A DNA stretch of 40,349 bases, from contig JWZX01003215.1 of NCBI GenBank assembly GCA_001275005.1, positions 1 through 40,349 on the forward strand. The letters run 5' to 3'. A program made the translations under genes and the position numbers. Under the pieces are notes generated by a model. The model saw only the letters and a program-made list of their open reading frames with translations. It ran no database searches and was not told where the DNA came from. This DNA is from Chrysochromulina tobinii (Eukaryota). Within the stretch, counting starts at the first letter, position 1; each line of letters begins with the position of its first letter. Below, piece by piece: positions 10,365-19,142 of the stretch.

Positions 10365-11843
10365 CTACGCTACCAAGTTCACACTGCGCATTCCTAGCGC
10401 TCTTTTAGCAGCAGAAAGATATGCAGAATGCATGAGGTCTCTGTCAGTCGAGGCGTGCATGAATGTGATCAATCGGTCAGCGTCTACCAACAGGCCATTC
10501 TCATGGCAGGACATGGCCATCTGTCTACGCGAGCCTGATTGCTGCCACTGCGGGTCGAGTTTCCTAGTGAGAGATCTTGGTGATAACGTCACCGACTGCA
10601 TCAGCTTGCCGTCGAGATCACAGACGCGAATGTTCTCACTGTCCCGGCTGTACACGCGACCGTTCGCGATGGCAAACTCGAGGATCTCAGCGAGCAAGCC
10701 GCACCCGGCCGCCGCCTGCTTGAGTGCCGATTGCGGTTGCTCGAGGCGAAACATGCGCACCGGTTGGCCCTTGGCGTCGACTACGCTGATGAAGCGATGC
10801 TGGCTGATGTACAGAAGGCGATCGTAGGCGACAAGGCCGTCGGGCGCTTTGTTCCGCGCCCACTCGCCGATCGAGAAGACCGTCCGAGCACGCGTCGCGG
10901 CCCCCTCAAACACGGAGACGAAGTGCTCGCGTACGGGCCGCGCCCTCCTCCCCCGCTGCATTCGCATAGAGAGTCCCATTGGAGCGTTCGGAGGACGGCC
11001 AAGGCTCTCCTCGTCCTCGTCCGAGCCCCAACTGGGACTCTCTTCCCATTCGTCATCCATATACTCCCAAGGACGCGCGCCCACCTGGGCGATGCGGTGC
11101 AGGACGAACAGGCGCTCGGTGGCGGCCGCGAGCGCAATCGGCACGCCCGGCGCGGAGTCTGGCCTGCACTCTCCCCACAGCGTGTCATCCGCCGCGTCCT
11201 CCTCCTCTCCCTCGTCGTCGGTAGGAGCGTCGAGCTGGCACCAGTGCAGCTCGACGCCATCCACGGGCACGGCCGGAGCGCCTGGGCCGGCATCGAGGAG
11301 AGTGCTCCACGCGATCCTGGTCACCCTCGACGACGGATGGTCTGGCGCCTCTTCAACATTGACGTCCGCGGGCATGCTGGTGACGAAGATGGTATTCGGA
11401 GTCACCGCAATGGCGCGTGGCCAGCAGGAACCCAACGAGAGCTGGCCGAGGACTTCGCCGCTCCGGTTCATGCGAATGAGCTTCGATGCCGCGCATACGG
11501 CCAAACAGATAGTCCCGTCGGGCAGGAATGCACAGCTGCTCACCACCTCCACAATGCCTTCAGCGACAGCGTGCGTCGTTTGATCGGGGTTGGGATCGCA
11601 CTGGGCACCCACATGCAGAAGCGTGACTTCTGCTTCGACACATACCGGCTGCTGGTCAGAGCTTGGCGCATCTGATGGACCACCAGCTTGCTCAAGAGGA
11701 GTGCACACGACGAGGTATCGGTTAGCAGCGCTTCGTGCTTCGTGGAGCATGGCTGAGCAGGTCGCTGCGACTGCCCGCAGCGTAGCTTTCGTCGCATCGG
11801 CCAACACCAACTGAACGAGCGGGCCAGGCAGTTCGTCCAGCAT
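10365..11843 (-). CDS. F-box-like N-terminus plus NHL/beta-propeller-like protein
   Basis: Long intronless ORF. MLDELPGPLVQLVLADATKATLRAVAATCSAM resembles an F-box; later WPRAIAVTPNTIFVT, PDGLVAYDRLLYIS and FAIANGRVY resemble propeller blades. Confidence 0.6.
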   Translation of the reverse strand: MLDELPGPLVQLVLADATKATLRAVAATCSAMLHEARSAANRYLVVCTPLEQAGGPSDAPSSDQQPVCVEAEVTLLHVGAQCDPNPDQTTHAVAEGIVEVVSSCAFLPDGTICLAVCAASKLIRMNRSGEVLGQLSLGSCWPRAIAVTPNTIFVTSMPADVNVEEAPDHPSSRVTRIAWSTLLDAGPGAPAVPVDGVELHWCQLDAPTDDEGEEEDAADDTLWGECRPDSAPGVPIALAAATERLFVLHRIAQVGARPWEYMDDEWEESPSWGSDEDEESLGRPPNAPMGLSMRMQRGRRARPVREHFVSVFEGAATRARTVFSIGEWARNKAPDGLVAYDRLLYISQHRFISVVDAKGQPVRMFRLEQPQSALKQAAAGCGLLAEILEFAIANGRVYSRDSENIRVCDLDGKLMQSVTLSPRSLTRKLDPQWQQSGSRRQMAMSCHENGLLVDADRLITFMHASTDRDLMHSAYLSAAKRALGMRSVNLVA

Positions 11844-12050
11844 TGATGAGCGTGCCTGGCACGGAAGCAGCTCGTGGCAGCCAACTCGAGCGCGCGGGCG
11901 CGTCTCGTACAAATTCACACCTCGCAGACCCTTCACAGGGTACACCCATGGGTACACCTCTCAACAAGGGGACCTTCTTCCTTTTGAATGGTTAATTCAC
12001 ACCACACGTAATCTAAATGTTGAAGTTCACAGATCATCGTGGCGGCCGAC

Positions 12051-13369
12051 ATGCCTACGCAATATGACACTCTGCGAAAGCCACGCAGCGCTCCACTCTG
12101 CCGCTGTCGCAACGTGGCAGCTGTCGGGCTCTTGCTCTGCTGGGGCGCATGGTGTGCTTTCTTGCACTTCGGGCTGGCGGGTCGCTCTGCGTCGCTCGGA
12201 AGCAAATCCGATAGCCAACCGGAGCGATCGTCATCGCCACCCAGCCCGCCACCTTCGCCGCTGCCACCTCCCTCGCCGTCATCACCAAGGCCACCGCCGT
12301 GTCCGACGGCCTGCCACGAGATGGCACGCACGGAGCTTCCGGGCGACGTGGTCCTCTGGGGAGCGGGTCACAAGCAGCCCTCTGCCGCCGCGTGTTGCTC
12401 TGCGTGCGAGGCCAAGGCGGCGGAGGGATGCAACACTTGGGTGTGGTGCGGCAGCCGGCGCGAGTGCATGGCCGACACGCACCTTGACTGTTGGCTCAAG
12501 AAGCGTCCGCAGCCGTGGGAGGACTCCGACGTGCTTCGTGGAAGGAGCACCAAATGGACCTCGGGCGTGCTTGGCGTGCTGCCGCCGACAAGCACGGGCA
12601 CGACGACGGCGCCCGATCGTCCGTGCGACTTCGCGCTGCTGCTCGCCGACGGGCTCGTCCGCATGCGGCTGCGCCCCCAAGCAGCGAGCGGCAGCCGTTA
12701 CGTGCGTGCGCTCTTGGACGAGCTTGGAGCGGCAGCGTCGGACCCGAGCGCACGCCCACCCTCCGTGGATGCGGCGCATCCGGCGAGGGACGGACTGCGG
12801 TTCTACCGCGCCGAGCCCGTGCCCGCGCATTGGGGCTCGCTCGACTGGCCGGACAACTACTTTGGCGGCCGTTGGGGTCCGCCGTACGTGCCGCTGCAAG
12901 GCTTCCTCTGATGGCCTCTGATAACCTCTGATGACCTCTGATGACCTCTGATGGCCTCTGATGACCTCTGATGACCTCTGATGGCCTCCTTCATCACAGG
13001 TACGCGCTGCTGCAAGGCTCGCTACGCCCGAGCGGCACGCGTGTCCCGCCTGCCTCAGCGGATCTGGGACAGGCTGCGCGACCCGTGATCCGTCGCGGCA
13101 TGCTCGCATGGGCGGCGGGCGGCGGCGGCCCTGACTTCTTCATCGCGCTCGCACAGCATCCTGAGTGGGGCAACGGCCACACTGTCTTCGCCGAAGTCTT
13201 CCCCGAAGACATGAACGTGATCGACACGCTCATGCGCCGCCCGCTTCGCGTCTCTAATTGGGGATCGATCAACGCCACCGAGCTCATCACCCCGATGCCC
13301 TTCAAGATCCTCGGCCCGCTGGGCGCGCAGGCGATAGTGCAGAGGCGCCGGGATGTGGCCAGCAGTTGA
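12051..13369 (+). CDS. Membrane-anchored/secreted protein with a PAN/Apple-like Cys domain and a cyclophilin-like C-terminal domain; exons 12051-12883 and 13000-13369
   Basis: N-terminal hydrophobic anchor; ELPGDVVLWG...ACCSAC...CNTWVWC...CWLK (PAN-like); FYRAE...GPP|YALLQG...GGGPDFFIALAQHPEWGNGHTVFAEV (cyclophilin-like). Intron 12884-12999 is GT-AG and restores GPPYALLQG. Confidence 0.8.
12905..12989 (+). repeat. Intronic decamer satellite (CCTCTGAT(G/A)(G/A)) x~8
   Basis: cctctgatggcctctgataacctctgatgacctctgatgacctctgatggcctctg..., read directly. Confidence 0.9.
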
Positions 13370-13693
13370 GGTGGTTACAGATGGCCAGCAGTTGAGGCGA
13401 GAATGCACACTGCCCAGGGCAGCCGAGCATGCAAGTCGCAACAGTTGCTCATTTCACATCTCCCTCGGGCTCGGCGGCGGCGGTGGCGCGGCGAGGACGG
13501 AACGAGATTCTCCTTTGCATGGTTTGAACGGATTGAACGGGACCACTGCCGAGCCGCGAACCTTTCACACTTCATCTTTTCATCGCGGTCTCCCCCGGTA
13601 TGATGTTTCCCCCTTTCGTGCCAGGATTCCAGGATTCAACCCAGGTTGTGATGTCATCACGCATGTCGGTCACTCTCCACAAGCAGTTTTCGC

Positions 13694-14674
13694 ATGGCAA
13701 GGCTCCAACGCCTCGTGACCCTGCTGGCGATCGTACTCCATGCCGAGCAAGCTGTCGGTGGCGCGTTGCAGCTTTGGCGGCAACGCGCTCTGCTGCCGAT
13801 TGACGACGACGAATCGCGGCCATGCCTCCCGTGTTTCTGGAGGTCACCACCGCCACCTCCTCCACCGCCACCTGATCCGACACAGACCCACGCGCTTTGG
13901 AGGCGCGCGGCGGCTGCGCGGCATGCGATTGCACAGGCTGCAGATTCGTCGTGCCTGCGGCTGGTGAGCATTGCGGGAGGAGGCGACTCACTCGTGGCGG
14001 CGCTAGCCACGGCCGTCAACACCTCTGTGCGAGGCTGCGTGGCGGTGCAGCGTGCACTTGCTCGGGCTGCCGATGCATCGCGTCAGCAGCTGGTGGTCGT
14101 TGCTAGAGAGGGCGACACATTCGCGGCCGCGCTCGCGATAGCCATCGATTCCGCCTTGCGAGGGTGCGCAGTCTCTTTACGTCCTACGCGGGCGGCAGCG
14201 AGCTCTGCCTTGAGTAGCTGCCTGGCTCTCCAGCGGGCGGTCCACGCCCTCGGGGACGGCGACGAGCACCCGCAGAGGGCGTGGCTCGGCCTCGTACCGG
14301 CCGTCCTCTGCGTTGTAGGATCCGTCGTCACATGTGCCGCCTGCGTGTGCTGCTCAGCAATAGAGCTGGCCGCATGCGCGGGCAAGTTTGTGGCGGCGCT
14401 GCTGGCCACCAACCTGGCGGGTGCTGCCTCGTTCGGGAGCGCCGCGCCCTCGATCCAGCGACAGTACCTCGAATGGACGCAGCAGCAGCTCGCGGCGCGA
14501 GAGCAGAGGGATGCAGCCGAGAGGACGCAAGAGCAAGAGACGCAGGCAGAGCCTTCGGGTACCCCTTCGGACTCCTTGCCAGCCCAACCGCTTCCACTGC
14601 CACGCCAGGAGGAGCAGCCGCCAGCGGAGTCGCCGCCAGCGCAGCAGCAGCCGCCGGTTGAGGGAACCGGTTAG
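13694..14674 (+). CDS. Hypothetical protein (signal-peptide-like start, Pro-rich tract, hydrophobic segment, Q/P-rich tail)
   Basis: 326-aa ORF starting MARLQRLVTLLAIVLHA; no recognised domain. Confidence 0.5.
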   Translation: MARLQRLVTLLAIVLHAEQAVGGALQLWRQRALLPIDDDESRPCLPCFWRSPPPPPPPPPDPTQTHALWRRAAAARHAIAQAADSSCLRLVSIAGGGDSLVAALATAVNTSVRGCVAVQRALARAADASRQQLVVVAREGDTFAAALAIAIDSALRGCAVSLRPTRAAASSALSSCLALQRAVHALGDGDEHPQRAWLGLVPAVLCVVGSVVTCAACVCCSAIELAACAGKFVAALLATNLAGAASFGSAAPSIQRQYLEWTQQQLAAREQRDAAERTQEQETQAEPSGTPSDSLPAQPLPLPRQEEQPPAESPPAQQQPPVEGTG

Positions 14675-14804
14675 TTTATTACATTCCATGATTCGGGACA
14701 TTTGAAGATCACTTGCCAAAAGGAGACATTGAAGATGACAAATGTGATGACCGACATCATGTAGAAAAGCGCTTTTTTGTCTCGGCCTCCCGCGGCGGCC
14801 CTGG

Positions 14805-15629
14805 ATGACGTTCTTGCTTGTGCTGTCAGCCGCGTCGGCGCTCATCATTGGAACAGCCACGCCAACCTGCTCCACTTGCCGCCGTCGCACGCCAGCGCCA
14901 TTAGCCGTCGACAGTGGTGACGGAGTTCCAGAAAATGGCCCGCTAATCGCTGACGTGTGGGAGAAGCACACGTCGGTGCTCGTGCAGGGCAGCACGCTGA
15001 AAACGTGGGACCTTGGCGACGAGACGACCGAGCGCGTGCAGCTGTCGCTTAAGAGCGACGGCCGTCCGATCGATGCAAACATCGAGCTCTGGCATACTCC
15101 GTCTTACATACCAGCTAGGTTTCGCGTCTACACCAAGGATGGAAGCCTCCGCCCCGTCCACGCTGTCATCGAGACTCCGAAGCACCCCAAGACAGTTGCC
15201 GTGTACAATACGGGCCCGCTCGAGTTCCCGCTGGAGGCCGTGGTCGCCAACACGGGCCGGGGCAAGGCTTCCCAGTCTCTTGCCGACGTTCCCTCGCAGC
15301 GCATTCAGGGCGGCAAAATCGTGTCGTACACGTACGGCGCCGAGGTGGAGAGCGTCCAGGTGCTGCTGCAGACGGAGGATCGCAACATGAAGGCCAAGAT
15401 CGAGCTGACCCAGGGCCCCAACCAGCCCAAGCAGATCATCGAGGTCTTCGCGACTGTTGGCGGCCAGACCCCATTTTATGCCGTGATCGCGACGCCGGGG
15501 GCTGGCTCGACGATCCGCGTAGTGAATCAGAACAGCATCGAGTTCCCGATCAATGCGTGGATCCTGCCGTACAAGACCAAGGGAACGAGCGATGCGCCTG
15601 TGACCATGGGTGGCGGCGGTTGGTTGTGA
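14805..15629 (+). CDS. Secreted protein of unknown function with two internal homologous domains
   Basis: Signal peptide MTFLLVLSAASA; repeat 1 VQGSTLKTW...ERVQLSLKSDGRPIDANIELW...VIETP...VAVYNTGPLEFPL; repeat 2 IQGGKIVSY...ESVQVLLQTEDRNMKAKIEL...VIATP...IRVVNQNSIEFPI; strongly GC3-biased codons. Confidence 0.85.
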   Translation: MTFLLVLSAASALIIGTATPTCSTCRRRTPAPLAVDSGDGVPENGPLIADVWEKHTSVLVQGSTLKTWDLGDETTERVQLSLKSDGRPIDANIELWHTPSYIPARFRVYTKDGSLRPVHAVIETPKHPKTVAVYNTGPLEFPLEAVVANTGRGKASQSLADVPSQRIQGGKIVSYTYGAEVESVQVLLQTEDRNMKAKIELTQGPNQPKQIIEVFATVGGQTPFYAVIATPGAGSTIRVVNQNSIEFPINAWILPYKTKGTSDAPVTMGGGGWL

Positions 15630-15830
15630 TATCAAGGCAGCGCCGGGGAGCGGAGGCGGAGCGGCCTTGATGGACTGGATCGCGGGCGAAACGGATATGA
15701 CGTGGGTGGCGGCCCGGTTACGGAGGACTGCAGAGAGAGGAGCGACGCAGGAATCACACACTTCTCAGTGTATAGAGAGACGAGAGAGACTCGACTTCTT
15801 ACAAGTAGCACACTTATAGCACACACTTCT

Positions 15831-16640
15831 CTAAACTTTGGTGCGCTCGACGATTCGCTGGTTCGCGCCCGAGCCCCACACAGACACGAGCGCCGCCGCC
15901 TCCGCCTTCCTCACCTCGGCAGCCACCTCTGAGGCGGCCGCGACGGCCGTCTTAATGGCGCGCAGAGCCTCTGTCGAGGCAGCATGGGCGAGGGCAGGCG
16001 CGAAGAGAAGGCGCTCCGCCGCCTCCGCGGCGGGCTCGCCGGCCTCGGCCACAGCGTCGCACAACCCGATCGCGCTCGCCGCTCCCGCGTCGAGTGACAT
16101 GCCATGGGCGAGGCAGCGGAGAGCTTGCGCGCGGCCGACAAGGCCAACGAGCCGCGCGCCGCCGCCCCACCCAGGTGAGACGCCCATCTTCGCATGCACG
16201 AAGCGCAGCGTCGCGCCCGGCGCCGGCGCCATCACGCGCCAGTCCGTGGCTGTTGCGAGCTCGGCGCCGCCTCCAATAGCATATCCATCGATGGCCGCGA
16301 CTGACAACAGCGGAAGCTGGCGCATGCGGTGGAGGAGCCCCCCCATGACTTCGTTCATCATACGGCCGCTCTCGGGCGTGCTGAATTCGGAGCGTGCGAG
16401 CGCGAGGTCCAGACCTGCACAGAAGTGCCCACCTGCTCCCGTGAGCACGAGCGCTGCACCCTCATCCCATCGCGAGAGTGTGTCGACGTGCTCGCTCAGC
16501 TGTGCGATCATGGGGCCAGAGACTGCGTTACGCCGGTCCGGATTGTGCAGCGTCAGACGAGCAACTCGTCCGACGTACGTGAGGGAAACATGACCGGGCT
16601 GGTCGAGTGTCGCCAAGCGGCGAAGGAGGGTCTGACACAT
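15831..16640 (-). CDS. ECHDC1: Enoyl-CoA hydratase/isomerase (crotonase) family; ethylmalonyl-CoA decarboxylase (ECHDC1)-like
   Basis: HNPDRRNAVSGPMI, FCAGLDL, AAIDGYAIGGGAELATATDWR, FVHAKMGVSPGWGGG. The FVH..MG..PGWGGG pattern, lacking the second catalytic Glu, matches ECHDC1-type enzymes. Subfamily assignment is moderate. Confidence 0.75.
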   Translation of the reverse strand: MCQTLLRRLATLDQPGHVSLTYVGRVARLTLHNPDRRNAVSGPMIAQLSEHVDTLSRWDEGAALVLTGAGGHFCAGLDLALARSEFSTPESGRMMNEVMGGLLHRMRQLPLLSVAAIDGYAIGGGAELATATDWRVMAPAPGATLRFVHAKMGVSPGWGGGARLVGLVGRAQALRCLAHGMSLDAGAASAIGLCDAVAEAGEPAAEAAERLLFAPALAHAASTEALRAIKTAVAAASEVAAEVRKAEAAALVSVWGSGANQRIVERTKV

Positions 16641-16946
16641 CGCAGCGAGTGTCGAAAACTGATGTTTCGTATCCTCCGTGCCGGCGCACGTGCCGCACCT
16701 TCAGAGCCGCGGATGAGCTGCACTGTCAATGCGACCGTCGTCAGGCTCGCTCCATGCGTCGAAGCTCGGATTCCGCTCGTGATAAAGTGCGAGTCCGCGC
16801 GCGCCGAGCCCCGCGCGTGACGAACTCGGCCCGTCGAAAACGACAGGTCCTTCGTTCTTCATCTGCAATCAATCAGCCCATCCGGCAAAAAGGTCACTCA
16901 CTCGCGAGAGGTCCTCGGGCATCGTGGCCGCGCCACTGTGCGTGGG

Positions 16947-17894
16947 ATGGCGCCCACTGGCAACAAGCCCAAACACGCCGGCAAGGCGATCGTCGCAGGC
17001 GGCATCTCGGGCGCGATCGAGATCTGCTGCACCTACCCGCTCGAGTACACCAAAACGGTGGCGCAGCTGGACAAGGGCAGCGGCGGCGGCGCAATGAAAG
17101 TGGTACGGGATACGCTAAAAACGCATGGTCCCTTGGGCTTCTACCGTGGGCTGTCCTCGATGGTCTACTTTGCGACACCCAAGGCGGCCCTGCGCTTCTC
17201 CGCCTTCGAGGCGGCCTCGGACATGCTGAAGACGTCAGACGGCAAGCCGATGTTCGGCAAGGTGAACGGGTTCATCGCGGGGCTGGTGGCGGGCACGGCG
17301 GAGGCGATCGTGGTCAGCACGCCGCAGGAGACGATCAAGATCAGGCTCATCGACGATCAGTTCAAGTCGGAGACACCTCGCTTCAAGGGCTTCTTCCACG
17401 GAGTGTACACCCTCATCAAGGAGGAAGGCTTCTTCGGGATCTACCATGGCGTGGCGCCGACGGTGCTCAAGGTGGCGACGGCGCAGGGCACGCGCTTCGG
17501 CGTCTTCAACGTGATCCCGAGTGAATACCGCAAAACGCCCGTCTCTGTGGCGGCGTGCGGCGCATTTGCAGGAGGCGTGTCTGTGCTCATCTTCCAGGGC
17601 CTAGACGTCGTGAAATCGCGCATGCAAGGTCTGGACGGCGCCAAGTACGCATCCTCGCTCCACTGCGCGCGCGAGATGCTGGTGAACGAGGGGTGGCTCT
17701 CGTTTTACAAGGGGGTAGGCCCGCGCCTCTCGAGGGTCTGCTGCGAGGTAGCGATCACGATGACGCTCTACGCCGAGGTCGTCAAGGTGCTGGACAAGTA
17801 CTGGGTCACCTCAGGTCAGCCCAATCGAGCAGTGGTGCGCTCGTGGTCGGTGCTCACCGACCGCGCCAACTCGACGCCGACGAAGCCGTCGTGA
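16947..17894 (+). CDS. Mitochondrial carrier (SLC25), tricarboxylate/citrate transporter-like (SLC25A1/CTP1)
   Basis: AGGISGAIEICCTYPLEYTKT, PKAALRFSAFE, TPQETIKIRLIDD, LDVVKSRMQGL, FYKGVGPRLSRV. Three carrier repeats with citrate-carrier signature residues. Confidence 0.9.
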   Translation: MAPTGNKPKHAGKAIVAGGISGAIEICCTYPLEYTKTVAQLDKGSGGGAMKVVRDTLKTHGPLGFYRGLSSMVYFATPKAALRFSAFEAASDMLKTSDGKPMFGKVNGFIAGLVAGTAEAIVVSTPQETIKIRLIDDQFKSETPRFKGFFHGVYTLIKEEGFFGIYHGVAPTVLKVATAQGTRFGVFNVIPSEYRKTPVSVAACGAFAGGVSVLIFQGLDVVKSRMQGLDGAKYASSLHCAREMLVNEGWLSFYKGVGPRLSRVCCEVAITMTLYAEVVKVLDKYWVTSGQPNRAVVRSWSVLTDRANSTPTKPS

Positions 17895-18834
17895 GGTGGA
17901 GACACGCCCGTGACGGCCCTCCAAGCTGTTGGAAGGTTGTTCGCGTGCACGATTACCAAATATGGACGAGTACGAAAGATGGTGGGGTCGCGCGAGGTGC
18001 CACAAGCGGAGAGGCGACCGGGCCGCGCACGGCTCTGAGGCAGAGGATGCCAGCACCCCTTTGGAGGTCGGTGCACTCCTTAGACTCGCCCGAGTCGTTG
18101 GTGGCGGACGCTGTTGGGGGGACAAACGCGTGTTGGTCACGTTTCCACAGCCCTGTGAGCCTGTGACTGTGAATAGATGCGGGATTCCCCAATGCCGCTG
18201 CCGGCAAGACTTTTGCCATTGAGAGCTACCAAAGATCTAAGATGCTCGGCGGGTCGCAGACGTCTCAGAGACCCTAGCGCGCCGTTCGACGCGCCGTCGG
18301 GTCCCGCCGTCGACGCGTCACGACCGCGTCACCGCGTACACGGCCGTCGCCCCCGCCGGCAACCCATGCGGCAACCCCGAACCCGCGTCAGACCCCACCG
18401 GGATTCTCACGTTTCTCATTCGATTCTGTGCGGCCGGCCCATGGCTGCGGCCACGAGCGTAGGTTTTACAGAAAGGTATACGCTGCGCGTTCGGTATCTG
18501 TAGCATTTATGTAGCATGCTTTTAGCGGGGGGACGCCCCCGACCCCGGCGGAGCTCTCAAAATCCGGAAGCGCGCACGGCATGGATGGTACACACATCAA
18601 ACTCGACGCTCGGATGACGTCGACCCCCATGGTTGCCCAAATCATCGATTGTCGGCGAACATCATCGCGCGAACACCGAGCCCCCGCCGCGCAGCGAGAA
18701 CCGCGCACACCCAGGACTGACGACTCCCACACGACGGAGATTCTCGCCACATACCGACCCCTTCCCCGGCCTTCTGGGTTCTGCCATGCAGGTCAACTTC
18801 CCCGTGCGGCGGAGGGGAGGCCCCTCACGGAGCG

Positions 18835-18917
18835 GGCACTCCTCTTCGGTGTGAACATGGCACTCCTCTTCGGTGTGAACATGGCACTCCTCTTCGGTGT
18901 GAACATGGCACTCCTCT
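18835..18917. repeat. 24-bp tandem repeat (GGCACTCCTCTTCGGTGTGAACAT) x3 plus a partial copy
   Basis: Three identical units read directly; no spacers. Confidence 0.95.
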
Positions 18918-19142
18918 CCGAGGCTTCCATCTTCAGTGTCCGTATGAGACCGTCTCTCTCCAATAGCGGCCATCCATCGAGCAGCTCCTCTCTCCGCGAG
19001 CCACGCTCGACACAATCCTCCTCCCCGATGCGCGACCCTCTCATGCATTCTTGCGAAAGAGAGAGCGTCTCGTGACAATGGACTGCTCCCCCCCAGAGCC
19101 TAGCTTCTCGTGTCGGAACCCCGCGGGTCCGTGGCGGCCCCT

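Noticed and set aside
18835..18917. 24-bp direct repeats as CRISPR or a coding repeat
   Set aside because: Head-to-tail with no spacers, and the overlapping ORFs have no recognisable protein features; it is a simple minisatellite
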